Of a stretch of DNA of 64,000 bases, positions 12,401 to 26,000 are shown in pieces; within the stretch, counting starts at the first letter, position 1; the number at the start of each line of letters is the position of its first letter. Made by a program: the position numbers and the translations under genes. A model generated the notes under the pieces. That model saw only the letters and a program-made list of their open reading frames with translations. It searched no databases and was not told the origin of the DNA. Source of the DNA: the human T2T-CHM13v2.0 reference genome, Homo sapiens. The DNA lies in NCBI RefSeq assembly GCF_009914755.1, contig NC_060940.1; one strand, given 5' to 3'.

Positions 12401-15400
12401 GGGTGGAATTTGTAAGTGGAGAATTCAGCCGCTTTGAGGTCAACGGTAGAAAAGGAAATACCTTCGTATAAAAACTAGACAGAATGATTCTCAGAAACTG
12501 TTTTGTGATGTGTGCGTTCAACTCACAGAGTTTAACCTTTCTTTTCAAAGAGCAGTTAGGAAACACTCTGTAAAGTCTGCAAGTGGATATTCAGACCTCT
12601 TTGAGGCCTTCGTTGGAAACGGGATTTCTTCATATAATGCTAGAGGGAAGAATTCTTAGTAACTTCTTTGTGTTGTGTGTATTCAACTGACAGAGTTGAA
12701 CCTTCCTTTAGACAGAGCAGATTTGAAAGTCTCTTTTTGTGGAATTTGCAAGTGGAGATTTCAAGCGCTTTGAGGCCAAAAGCAGAAAAGGAAATATTTT
12801 CCTATAAAAACTAGAGAGAATCATTCTCAGAAACTGCTCTGTGATGTGTGTGTTCAACTCACAGAGTTTAACTTTCTTTTCATTCAGCAGTTTGGAAACA
12901 CTCTGTTTGGAAAGTCTGCACGTGGATATTTTGACCTCTTTGAGGCCTTCGTTGGAAACGGGTTTTTTTCATGTAAGGCTAGACAGAAGAAATCTCAGTA
13001 ACTTCCTTGTGTTGTGTGTATTTAACTGACAGAGTTGAACCTTCCTTTAGACAGAGCAGATTCGAAACGCTCTTTTTCTGCAATTTGCAAGTGGAGACTT
13101 CAAGCGCTTTGAGGCCAAGGCAGAAAAGGAAATATCTTCGTATAAAAACCCGACAGAATCATTCTCAGAAACTGCTCTGTGATGTGTGCGTTCAACTCAC
13201 AGAGTTTAACTTTTCTTTTCATTCAGCAGTTTGGAAACACTCTGTTTGTAAAGTCTGCAAGTGGATATCTTGGCCTCTTAGAGGCCTTCGTTGGAAACGC
13301 GTTTTTTCATGTAAGGTTAGACAGAGGAATTCCCAGTAACTTCCTTGTGTTGTGTGCATTCAACTCACAGAGTTGAATGATTCTTTACACAGAGCAGATT
13401 TGAGACACACTTTTGGTGGAATTTGTAAGTGGAGAATTCAGCCGCTTTGAGGTCAACGGTAGAAAAGGAAATATCTTCGTATAAAAACTAGAAAGAATGA
13501 TTCTCAGAAACTGTTTTGTGATGTGTGCGTTCAACTCACAGAGTTTAACCTTTCTTTTCAAAGAGCAGTTAGGAAACACTCTGTTTGTAAAGTCTGCAAG
13601 TGGATATTCAGACCTCTTTGAAGCCTTCGTTGGAAACGGGATTTCATCATATTATGCTAGACAGATGAATTCTCAGTAACTTCCTTGTGTTGTGTGTATT
13701 CAACTCACAGAGTTGAACGATCCTTTACACAGAGCAGATTTGAAACACTTTTTCTGGAATTTGCAAGTGGAGATTTCAGCCGCTTTGAGGTCAATGGTAG
13801 AAAAGGAAATATCTTCGTATAAAAACTGGACAGAATGATTCTCAGAAACTCCTTTGTGATGTGTGCGTTCAACTCACAGAGTTTAACCTTTCTTTTCACA
13901 GAGCAGTTAGGAAACACTCTGTTTGTGAAGCCTGCCAGTGGATATTCGGACCTCTTTGAGGCCTTCGTTGGAAACGGGATTTCTTCATATTTTGCTAGAC
14001 AGAAGATTTCTCAGTAACTTCTTTGTGTTGTGTGTATGCAACTCACAGAGTTCAACCTTCCTTTAGACAGAGCAGATTTGAAACACTCTTTTTGTGGAAT
14101 TTGCAAGTGGAAATTTCAAGCGCATCGATGCCAATGGTAGAAAAGGAAATATCTTCATATAAAAACAAGACAAACTCGTTCCCAGACACTGCGTAGTGAT
14201 GTGTGTGTTTAACTCACAGAGTTTAACCTTTCTTTTCATACAGCATTCTGGAAACCCTCTGTTTGTAAAGTCTGCAAGTGGATATTTGGACCTCTTAGAT
14301 GCCTTCGTTGGAAACGGGATTTCCTCATATAATGCTAGAGGGAAGAATTCTTAGTAACTTCTTTGTGTTGTGTGTATTCAACTGACAGAGTTGAACCTTC
14401 CTTTAGACAGAGCAGATTTGAAAGTCTCTTTTTGTGGAATTTGCAAGTGGAGATTTCAAGCGCTTTGAGGCCAAAAGCAGAAAAGGAAATATTTTCCTAT
14501 AAAAACTAGACAGAATCTTTCTCAGAAACTGCTCTGGGATGTGTGCGTTCAACTCACAGAGTTTAACTTTTCTTTTCATTCAGCAGTTTGGAAACACTCT
14601 GTTTGGAAAGTCTGCACGTGGATATTTTGACCTCTTTGAGGCCTTCGTTGGAAACGGGTGTTTTTCATGTAAGGCTAGACAGAAGAAATCTCAGTAACTT
14701 CCTTGTGTTGTGTGTATTCAACTGACAGAGTTGAACCTTCCTTTAGACAGAGCAGATTCGAAACACTCTTTTTCTGCAATTTGCAAGTGGAGACTTCAAG
14801 CGCTTTGAGGCCAAAGGCAGAAAAGGATATATCTTCGTATAAAAACCCGACAGAATCATTCTCAGAAACTGCTCTGTGATGTGTGCGTTCAACTCACAGA
14901 GTTTAACTTTTCTTTTCATTCAGCAGTTTGGAAACACTCTGTTTGTAAAGTCTGCAAGTGGATATCTTGGCCTCTTAGAGGCCTTCGTTGGAAACGGGTT
15001 TTTTCATGTAAGGTTAGACAGAGGAATTCCCAGTAACTTCCTTGTGTTGTGTGCATTCAACTCACAGAGGTGAATGATTCTTTACACAGAGCAGATTTGA
15101 GACACTCTTTGGGTGGAATTTGTAAGTGGAGAATTCAGCCGCTTTGAGGTCAACGGTAGAAAAGGAAATATCTTCGTATAAAAACTAGACAGAATGATTC
15201 TCAGAAACTGTTTTGTGATGTGTGCGTTCAACTCACAGAGTTTAACCTTTCTTTTCAAAGAGCAGTTAGGAAACACTCTGTAAAGTCTGCAAGTGGATAT
15301 TCAGACCTCTTTGAGGCCTTCGTTGGAAACGGGATTTCTTCATATAATGCTAGAGGGAAGAATTCTTAGTAACTTCTTTGTGTTGTGTGTATTCAACTGA

Positions 15401-18400
15401 CAGAGTTGAACCTTCCTTTAGACAGAGCAGATTTGAAAGTCTCTTTTTGTGGAATTTGCAAGTGGAGATTTCAAGCGCTTTGAGGCCAAAAGCAGAAAAG
15501 GAAATATTTTCTTATAAAAACTAGAGAGAATCATTCTCAGAAACTGCTCTGTGATGTGTGTGTTCAACTCACAGAGTTTAACTTTCTTTTCATTCAGCAG
15601 TTTGGAAACACTCTGTTTGGAAAGTCTGCACGTGGATATTTTGACCTCTTTGAGGCCTTCGTTGGAAACGGGTTTTTTTCATGTAAGGCTAGACAGAAGA
15701 AATCTCAGTAACTTCCTTGTGTTGTGTGTATTCAACTGACAGAGTTGAACCTTCCTTTAGACAGAGCAGATTCGAAACGCTCTTTTTCTGCAATTTGCAA
15801 GTGGAGACTTCAAGCGCTTTGAGGCCAAAGGCAGAAAAGGAAATATCTTCGTATAAAAACCCGACAGAATCATTCTCAGAAACTGCTCTGTGATGTGTGC
15901 GTTCAACTCACAGAGTTTAACTTTTCTTTTCATTCAGCAGTTTGGAAACACTCTGTTTGTAAAGTCTGCAAGTGGATATCTTGGCCTCTTAGAGGCCTTC
16001 GTTGGAAACGCGTTTTTTCATGTAAGGTTAGACAGAGGAATTCCCAGTAACTTCCTTGTGTTGTGTGCATTCAACTCACAGAGTTGAATGATTCTTTACA
16101 CAGAGCAGATTTGAGACACACTTTTGGTGGAATTTGTAAGTGGAGAATTCAGCCGCTTTGAGGTCAACGGTAGAAAAGGAAATATCTTCGTATAAAAACT
16201 AGAAAGAATGATTCTCAGAAACTGTTTTGTGATGTGTGCGTTCAACTCACAGAGTTTAACCTTTCTTTTCAAAGAGCAGTTAGGAAACACTCTGTTTGTA
16301 AAGTCTGCAAGTGGATATTCAGACCTCTTTGAAGCCTTCGTTGGAAACGGGATTTCATCATATTATGCTAGACAGATGAATTCTCAGTAACTTCCTTGTG
16401 TTGTGTGTATTCAACTCACAGAGTTGAACGATCCTTTACACAGAGCAGATTTGAAACACTGTTTTTCTGGAATTTGCAAGTGGAGATTTCAGCCGCTTTG
16501 AGGTCAATGGTAGAAAAGGAAATATCTTCGTATAAAAACTGGACAGAATGATTCTCAGAAACTCCTTTGTGATGTGTGCGTTCAACTCACAGAGTTTAAC
16601 CTTTCTTTTCACAGAGCAGTTAGGAAACACTCTGTTTGTGAAGCCTGCCAGTGGATATTCGGACCTCTTTGAGGCCTTCGTTGGAAACGGGATTTCTTCA
16701 TATTTTGCTAGACAGAAGATTTCTCAGTAACTTCTTTGTGTTGTGTGTATGCAACTCACAGAGTTCAACCTTCCTTTAGACAGAGCAGATTTGAAACACT
16801 CTTTTTGTGGAATTTGCAAGTGGAAATTTCAAGCGCATCGATGCCAATGGTAGAAAAGGAAATTTCTTCGTATAAAAACAAGACAAACTCGTTCCCAGAC
16901 ACTGCGTAGTGATGTGTGTGTTTAACTCACAGAGTTTAACCTTTCTTTTCATACAGCATTCTGGAAACCCTCTGTTTGTAAAGTCTGCAAGTGGATATTT
17001 GGACCTCTTAGATGCCTTCGTTGGAAACGGGATTTCTTCATATAATGCTAGAGGGAAGAATTCTTAGTAACTTCTTTGTGTTGTGTGTATTCAACTGACA
17101 GAGTTGAACCTTCCTTTAGACAGAGCAGATTTGAAAGTCTCTTTTTGTGGAATTTGCAAGTGGAGATTTCAAGCGCTTTGAGGCCAAAAGCAGAAAAGGA
17201 AATATTTTCCTATAAAAACTCGACAGAATCTTTCTCAGAAACTGCTCTGGGATGTGTGCGTTCAACTCACAGAGTTTAACTTTTCTTTCCATTCAGCAGT
17301 TTGGAAACACTCTGTTTGGAAAGTCTGCACGTGGATATTTTGACCTCTTTGAGGCCTTCGTTGGAAACGGGTTTTTTTCATGTAAGGCTAGACAGAAGAA
17401 ATCTCAGTAACTTCCTTGTGTTGTGTGTATTCAACTGACAGAGTTGAACCTTCCTTTAGACAGAGCAGATTCGAAACACTCTTTTTCTGCAATTTGCAAG
17501 TGGAGACTTCAAGCGCTTTGAGGTCAAAGGCAGAAAAGGAAATATCTTCGTATAAAAACCCGACAGAATCATTCTCAGAAACTGCTCTGTGATGTGTGCG
17601 TTCAACTCACAGAGTTTAACTTTTCTTTTCATTCAGCAGTTTGGAAACACTCTGTTTGTAAAGTCTGCAAGTGGATATCTTGGCCTCTTAGAGGCCTTCG
17701 TTGGAAACGGGTTTTTTCATGTAAGGTTAGACAGAGGAATTCCCAGTAACTTCCTTGTGTTGTGTGCATTCAACTCACAGAGTTGAATGATTCTTTACAC
17801 AGAGCAGATTTGAGACACTCTTTGGGTGGAATTTGTAAGTGGAGAATTCAGCCGCTTTGAGGTCAACGGTAGAAAAGGAAATATCTTCGTATAAAAACTA
17901 GACAGAATGATTCTCAGAAACTGTTTTGTGATGTGTGCGTTCAACTCACAGAGTTTAACCTTTCTTTTCAAAGAGCAGTTAGGAAACACTCTGTAAAGTC
18001 TGCAAGTGGATATTCAGACCTCTTTGAGGCCTTCGTTGGAAACGGGATTTCTTCATATAATGCTAGAGGGAAGAATTCTTAGTAACTTCTTTGTGTTGTG
18101 TGTATTCAACTGACAGAGTTGAACCTTCCTTTAGACAGAGCAGATTTGAAAGTCTCTTTTTGTGGAATTTGCAAGTGGAGATTTCAAGCGCTTTGAGGCC
18201 AAAAGCAGAAAAGGAAATATTTTCCTATAAAAACTAGAGAGAATCATTCTCAGAAACTGCTCTGTGATGTGTGTGTTCAACTCACAGAGTTTAACTTTCT
18301 TTTCATTCAGCAGTTTGGAAACACTCTGTTTGGAAAGTCTGCACGTGGATATTTTGACCTCTTTGAGGCCTTCGTTGGAAACGGGTTTTTTTCATGTAAG

Positions 18401-20301
18401 GCTAGACAGAAGAAATCTCAGTAACTTCCTTGTGTTGTGTGTATTCAACTGACAGAGTTGAACCTTCCTTTAGACAGAGCAGATTCGAAACGCTCTTTTT
18501 CTGCAATTTGCAAGTGGAGACTTCAAGCGCTTTGAGGCCAAAGGCAGAAAAGGAAATATCTTCGTATAAAAACCCGACAGAATCATTCTCAGAAACTGCT
18601 CTGTGATGTGTGCGTTCAACTCACAGAGTTTAACTTTTCTTTTCATTCAGCAGTTTGGAAACACTCTGTTTGTAAAGTCTGCAAGTGGATATCTTGGCCT
18701 CTTAGAGGCCTTCGTTGGAAACGCGTTTTTTCATGTAAGGTTAGACAGAGGAATTCCCAGTAACTTCCTTGTGTTGTGTGCATTCAACTCACAGAGTTGA
18801 ATGATTCTTTACACAGAGCAGATTTGAGACACACTTTTGGTGGAATTTGTAAGTGGAGAATTCAGCCGCTTTGAGGTCAACGGTAGAAAAGGAAATATCT
18901 TCGTATAAAAACTAGAAAGAATGATTCTCAGAAACTGTTTTGTGATGTGTGCGTTCAACTCACAGAGTTTAACCTTTCTTTTCAAAGAGCAGTTAGGAAA
19001 CACTCTGTTTGTAAAGTCTGCAAGTGGATATTCAGACCTCTTTGAAGCCTTCGTTGGAAACGGGATTTCATCATATTATGCTAGACAGATGAATTCTCAG
19101 TAACTTCCTTGTGTTGTGTGTATTCAACTCACAGAGTTGAACGATCCTTAACACAGAGCAGATTTGAAACACTGTTTTTCTGGAATTTGCAAGTGGAGAT
19201 TTCAGCCGCTTTGAGGTCAATGGTAGAAAAGGAAATATCTTCGTATAAAAACTGGACAGAATGATTCTCAGAAACTCCTTTGTGATGTGTGCGTTCAACT
19301 CACAGAGTTTAACCTTTCTTTTCACAGAGCAGTTAGGAAACACTCTGTTTGTGAAGCCTGCCAGTGGATATTCGGACCTCTTTGAGGCCTTCGTTGGAAA
19401 CGGGATTTCTTCATATTTTGCTAGACAGAAGATTTCTCAGTAACTTCTTTGTGTTGTGTGTATGCAACTCACAGAGTTCAACCTTCCTTTAGACAGAGCA
19501 GATTTGAAACACTCTTTTTGTGGAATTTGCAAGTGGAAATTTCAAGCACATCGATGCCAATGGTAGAAAAGGAAATATCTTCGTATAAAAACAAGACAAA
19601 CTCGTTCCCAGACACTGCGTAGTGATGTGTGTGTTTAACTCACAGAGTTTAACCTTTCTTTTCATACAGCATTCTGGAAACCCTCTGTTTGTAAAGTCTG
19701 CAAGTGGATATTTGGACCTCTTAGATGCCTTCGTTGGAAACGGGATTTCTTCATATAATGGTAGAGGGAAGAATTCTTAGTAACTTCTTTGTGTTGTGTG
19801 TATTCAACTGACAGAGTTGAACCTTCCTTTAGACAGAGCAGATTTGAAAGTCTCTTTCTGTGGAATTTGCAAGTGGAGATTTCAAGCGCTTTGAGGCCAA
19901 AAGCAGAAAAGGAAATATTTTCCTATAAAAACTCGACAGAATCTTTCTCAGAAACTGCTCTGGGATGTGTGCGTTCAACTCACAGAGTTTAACTTTTCTT
20001 TTCATTCAGCAGTTTGGAAACACTCTGTTTGGAAAGTCTGCACGTGGATATTTTGACCTCTTTGAGGCCTTCGTTGGAAATGGGTTTTTTTCATGTAAGG
20101 CTAGACAGAAGAAATCTCAGTAACTTCCTTGTGTTGTGTGTATTCAACTGACAGAGTTGAACCTTCCTTTAGACAGAGCAGATTCGAAACACTCTTTTTC
20201 TGCAATTTGCAAGTGGAGACTTCAAGCGCTTTGAGGCCAAAGGCAGAAAAGGAAATATCTTCGTATAAAAACCCGACAGAATCATTCTCAGAAACTGCTC
20301 T
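9456..20301 (+). repeat. Four tandem 16-mer (6+10) composite units (2,710, 2,710, 2,713, 2,713 bp)
   Basis: 6-mer starts at 9456, 12166, 14876 and 17589, each followed by one 10-mer carrying the same diagnostic SNP set. Confidence 0.9.
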
Positions 20302-23014
20302 GTGATGTGTGCGTTCAACTCACAGAGTTTAACTTTTCTTCTCATTCAGCAGTTTGGAAACACTCTGTTTGTAAAGTCTGCAAGTGGATATCTTGGCCTC
20401 TTAGAGGCCTTCGTTGGAAACGGGTTTTTTCATGTAAGGATAGACAGAGGAATTCCCAGTAACTTCCTTGTGTTGTGTGCATTCAACTCACAGAGTTGAA
20501 TGATTCTTTACACAGAGCAGATTTGAGACACTCTTTTGGTGGAATTTGTAAGTGGAGAATTCAGCCGCTTTGAGGTCAACGGTAGAAAAGGAAATATCTT
20601 CGTATAAAAACTAGACAGAATGATTCTCAGAAACTGTTTTGTGATGTGTGCGTTCAGCTCACAGAGTTTAACCTTTCTTTTCAGAGAGCAGTTAGGAAAC
20701 ACTCTGTTTGTAAAGTCTGCAAGTGGATATTCAGACCTCTTTGAGGCCTTCGTTGGAAACGGGATTTCATCATATTATGCTAGACAGATGAATTCTCAGT
20801 AACTTCCTTGTGTTGTGTGTATTCAACTCACAGAGTTGAACGATCCTTTACACAGAGCAGATTTGAAACACTGTTTTTCTGGAATTTGCAAGTGGAGATT
20901 TCAGCCGATTTGAGGTCAATGGTAGAAAAGGAAATATCTTCGTATAAAAACTAGACAGAATGATTCTCAGAAACTCCTTTGTGATGTGTGCGTTCAACTC
21001 ACAGAGTTTAACCTTTCTTTTCACAGAGCAGTTAGGAAACACTCTGTTTGTGAAGCCTGCCAGTGGATATTCGGACCTCTTTGAGGCCTTCGTTGGAAAC
21101 GGGATTTCTTCATATTATGCTAGACAGAAGATTTCTCAGTAACTTCTTTGTGTTGTGTGTATGCAACTCACAGAGTTCAACCTTCCTTTAGACAGAGCAG
21201 ATTTGAAACACTCTTTTTGTGGAATTTGCAAGTGGAGATTTCAAGCGCTTCGATGCCAATGGTAGAAAAGGAAATATCTTCGTATAAAAACAAGACAAAC
21301 TCGTTCCCAGACACTGCGTAGTGATGTGTGTGTTTAACTGACAGAGTTTAACCTTTCTTTTCATACAGCATTCTGGAAACCCTGTGTTTGTAAAGTCTGC
21401 AAGTGGATATTTGGACCTCTTAGATGCCTTCGTTGGAAACGGGATTTCTTCATATAATGCTAGAGGGAAGAATTCTTAGTAACTTCTTTGTGTTGTGTGT
21501 ATTCAACTGACAGAGTTGAACCTTCCTTTAGACAGAGCAGATTTGAAAGTCTCTTTTTGTGGAATTTGCAAGTGGAGATTTCAAGCGCTTTGAGGCCAAA
21601 AGCAGAAAAGGAAATATTTTCCTATAAAAACTCGACAGAATCTTTCTCAGAAACTGCTCTGGGATGTGTGCGTTCAGCTCACAGAGTTTAACTTTTCTTT
21701 CCATTCAGCAGTTTGGAAACACTCTGTTTGGAAAGTCTGCACGTGGATATTTTGACCTCTTTGAGGCCTTCGTTGGAAACGGGTTTTTTTCATGTAAGGC
21801 TAGACAGAAGAAATCTCAGTAACTTCCTTGTGTTGTGTGTATTCAACTGACAGAGTTGAACCTTCCTTTAGACAGAGCAGATTCGAAACACTCTTTTTCT
21901 GCAATTTGCAAGTGGAGACTTCAAGCGCTTTGAGGCCAAAGGCAGAAAAGGAAATATCTTCGTATAAAAACCCGACAGAATCATTCTCAGAAACTGCTCT
22001 GTGATGTGTGCGTTCAACTCACAGAGTTTAACTTTTCTTTTCATTCAGCAGTTTGGAAACACTCTGTTTGTAAAGTCTGCAAGTGGATATCTTGGCCTCT
22101 TAGAGGCCTTCGTTGGAAACGGGTTTTTTCATGTAAGGATAGACAGAGGAATTCCCAGTAACTTCCTTGTGTTGTGTGCATTCAACTCACAGAGTTGAAT
22201 GATTCTTTACACAGAGCAGATTTGAGACACCCTTTGGGTGGAATTTGTAAGTGGAGAATTCAGCCGCTTTGAGGTCAACGGTAGAAAAGGAAATATCTTC
22301 GTATAAAAACTAGACAGAATGATTCTCAGAAACTGTTTTGTGATGTGTGCGTTCAACTCACAGAGTTTAACCTTTCTTTTCAAAGAGCAGTTAGGAAACA
22401 CTCTGTAAAGTCTGCAAGTGGATATTCAGACCTCTTTGAGGCCTTCGTTGGAAACGGGATTTCTTCATATAATGCTAGAGGGAAGAATTCTTAGTAACTT
22501 CTTTGTGTTGTGTGTATTCAACTGACAGAGTTGAACCTTCCTTTAGACAGAGCAGATTTGAAAGTCTCTTTTTGTGGAATTTGCAAGTGGAGATTTCAAG
22601 CGCTTTGAGGCCAAAAGCAGAAAAGGAAGTATTTTCCTATAAAAACTAGAGAGAATCATTCTCAGAAACTGCTCTGGGATGTGTGTGTTCAACTCACAGA
22701 GTTTAACTTTCTTTTCATTCAGCAGTTTGGAAACACTCTGTTTGGAAACTCTGCACGTGGATATTTTGACCTCTTTGAGGCCTTCGTTGGAAACGGGTTT
22801 TTTTCATGTAAGGCTAGACAGAAGAAATCTCAGTAACTTCCTTGTGTTGTGTGTATTCAACTGACAGAGTTGAACCTTCCTTTAGACAGAGCAGATTCGA
22901 AACACTCTTTTTCTGCAATTTGCAAGTGGAGACTTCAAGCGCTTTGAGGCCAAAGGCAGAAAAGGAAATATCTTCGTATAAAAACCCGACAGAATCATTC
23001 TCAGAAACTGCTCT

Positions 23015-26000
23015 GTGATGTGTGCGTTCAACTCACAGAGTTTAACTTTTCTTTTCATTCAGCAGTTTGGAAACACTCTGTTTGTAAAGTCTGCAAGTGG
23101 ATATCTTGGCCTCTTAGAGGCCTTCGTTGGAAACGCGTTTTTTCATGTAAGGTTAGACAGAGGAATTCCCAGTAACTTCCTTGTGTTGTGTGCATTCAAC
23201 TCACAGAGTTGAATGATTCTTTACACAGAGCTGATTTGAGACACACTTTTGGTGGAATTTGTAAGTGGAGAATTCAGACGCTTTGAGGTCAACGGTAGAA
23301 AAGGAAATATCTTCGTATAAAAACTAGAAAGAATGATTCTCAGAAACTGTTTTGTGATGTGTGCGTTCAACTCAAAGAGTTTAACCTTTGTTTTCAAAGA
23401 GCAGTTAGGAAACACTCTGTTTGTAAAGTCTGCAAGTGGATATTCAGACCTCTTTGAAGCCTTCGTTGGAAACGGGATTTCTTCATATTATGCTAGACAG
23501 ATGAATTCTCAGTAACTTCCTTGTGTTGTGTGTATTCAACTCACAGAGTTGAACGATCCTTTACACAGAGCAGATTTGAAACACTGTTTTTCTGGAATTT
23601 GCAAGTGGAGATTTCAGCCGCTTTGAGGTCAATGGTAGAAAAGGAAATATCTTCGTATAAAAACTAGACAGAATGATTCTCAGAAACTCCTTTGTGATGT
23701 GTGCGTTCAACTCACAGAGTTTAACCTTTCTTTTCACAGAGCAGTTAGGAAACACTCTGTTTGTGAAGCCTGCCAGTGGATATGCGGACCTCTTTGAGGC
23801 CTTCGTTGGAAACGGGATTTCTTCATATTATGCTAGACAGAAGATTTCTCAGTAACTTCTTGGTGTTGTGTGTATGCAACTCACAGAGTTCAACCTTCCT
23901 TTAGACAGAGCAGATTTGAAACACTCTTTTTGTGGAATTTGCAAGTGGAGATTTCAAGCGCTTCGATGCCAATGGTAGAAAAGGAAATATCTTCGTATAA
24001 AAACAAGACAAACTCGTTCCCAGACACTGCGTAGTGATGTGTGTGTTTAACTCACAGAGTTTCACCTTTCTTTTCATACAGCATTCTGGAAACCCTCTGT
24101 TTGTAAAGTCTGCAAGTGGATATTTGGACCTCTTAGATGCCTTCGTTGCAAACGGGATTTCTTCATATAATGCTAGAGGGAAGAATTCTTAGTAACTTCT
24201 TTGTGTTGTGTGTATTCAACGGACAGAGTTGAACCTTCCTTTAGACAGAGCAGATTTGAAAGTCTCTTTTTGTGGAATTTGCAAGTGGAGATTTCAAGCG
24301 CTTTGAGGCCAAAAGCAGAAAAGGAAATATTTTCCTATAAAAACTCGACAGAATCTTTCTCAGAAACTGCTCTGGGATGTGTGCGTTCAACTCACAGAGT
24401 TTAACTTTTCTTTTCATTCAGCAGTTTGGAAACACTCTGTTTGGAAAGTCTGCACGTGGATATTTTGACCTCTTTGAGGCCTTCGTTGGAAACGGGTTTT
24501 TTTCATGTAAGGCTAGACAGAAGAAATCTCAGTAACTTCCTTGTGTTGTGTGTATTCAACTGACAGAGTTGAACCTTCCTTTAGACAGAGCAGATTCGAA
24601 ACACTCTTTTTCTGCAATTTGCAAGTGGAGACTTCAAGCGCTTTGAGGCCAAAGGCAGAAAAGGAAATATCTTCGTATAAAAACCCGACAGAATCATTCT
24701 CAGAAACTGCTCTGTGATGTGTGCGTTCAACTCACAGAGTTTAACTTTTCTTTTCATTCAGCAGTTTGGAAACACTCTGTTTGTAAAGTCTGCAAGTGGA
24801 TATCTTGGCCTCTTAGAGGCCTTCGTTGGAAGCGGGTTTTTTCATGTAAGGATAGACAGAGGAATTCCCAGTAACTTCCTTGTGTTGTGTGCATTCAACT
24901 CACAGAGTTGAATGATTCTTTACACAGAGCAGATTTGAGACACTCTTTTGGTGGAATTTGTAAGTGGAGAATTCAGCCGCTTTGAGGTCAACGGTAGAAA
25001 AGGAAATATCTTCGTATAAAAACTAGACAGAATGATTCTCAGAAACTGTTTTGTGATGTGTGCGTTCAACTCACAGAGTTTAACCTTTCTTTTCAAAGAG
25101 CAGTTAGGAAACACTCTGTTTGTAAAGTCTGCAAGAGGATATTCAGACCTCTTTGAGGCCTTCGTTGGAAACGGGATTTCTTCATATTATGCTAGACAGA
25201 TGAATTCTCAGTAACTTCCTTGTGTTGTGTGTATTCAACTCACAGAGTTGAACGATCCTTTACACAGAGCAGATTTGAAACACTGTTTTTCTGGAATTTG
25301 CAAGTGGAGATTTCAGCCGCTTTGAGGTCAATGGTAGAAAAGGAAATATCTTCGTATAAAAACTAGACAGAATGATTCTCAGAAACTCCTTTGTGATGTG
25401 TGCGTTCAACTCACAGAGTTTAACCTTTCTTTTCACAGAGCAGTTAGGAAACACTCTGTTTGTGAAGCCTGCCAGTGGATATTCGGACCTCTTTGAGGCC
25501 TTCGTTGGAAACGGGATTTCTTCATATTATGCTATTCAGAAGATTTCTCAGTAACTTCTTTGTGTTGTGTGTATGCAACTCACAGAGTTCAACCTTCCTT
25601 TAGACAGAGCAGATTTGAAACACTCTTTTTGTGGAATTTGCAAGTGGAGATTTCAAGCGCTTCGATGCCAATGGTAGAAAAGGAAATATCTTCGTATAAA
25701 AACAAGACAAACTCGTTCCCAGACACTGCGTAGTGATGTGTGTGTTTAACTCACAGAGTTTAACCTTTCTTTTCATACAGCATTCTGGAAACCCTGTGTT
25801 TGTAAAGTCTGCAAGTGGATATTTGGACCTCTTAGATGCCTTCGTTGGAAACGGGATTTCTTCATATAATGCTAGAGGGAAGAATTCTTAGTAACTTCTT
25901 TGTGTTGTGTGTATTCAACTGACAGAGTTGAACCTTCCTTTAGACAGAGCAGATTTGAAAGTCTCTTTTTGTGGAATTTGCAAGTGGAGATTTCAAGCGC

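Larger units (their letters stand above)
5046..23014 (+). repeat. Left mixed domain: unit order 6,10,10,6,10,6,10,6,10,6,10,10,6
   Basis: Anchor positions 5046, 6060, 7757, 9456, 10469, 12166, 13179, 14876, 15890, 17589, 18603, 20302, 22001, 23015. Confidence 0.93.

Noticed and set aside
19071-19343. Unique 90-aa minus-strand ORF
   Set aside because: A single substitution (CCTTTACAC>CCTTAACAC, ~19150) removes a stop codon.
5046-23014. Palindromic unit order as evidence of an inverted repeat or hairpin
   Set aside because: The symmetry is only in unit-length order; the DNA is all direct repeat.
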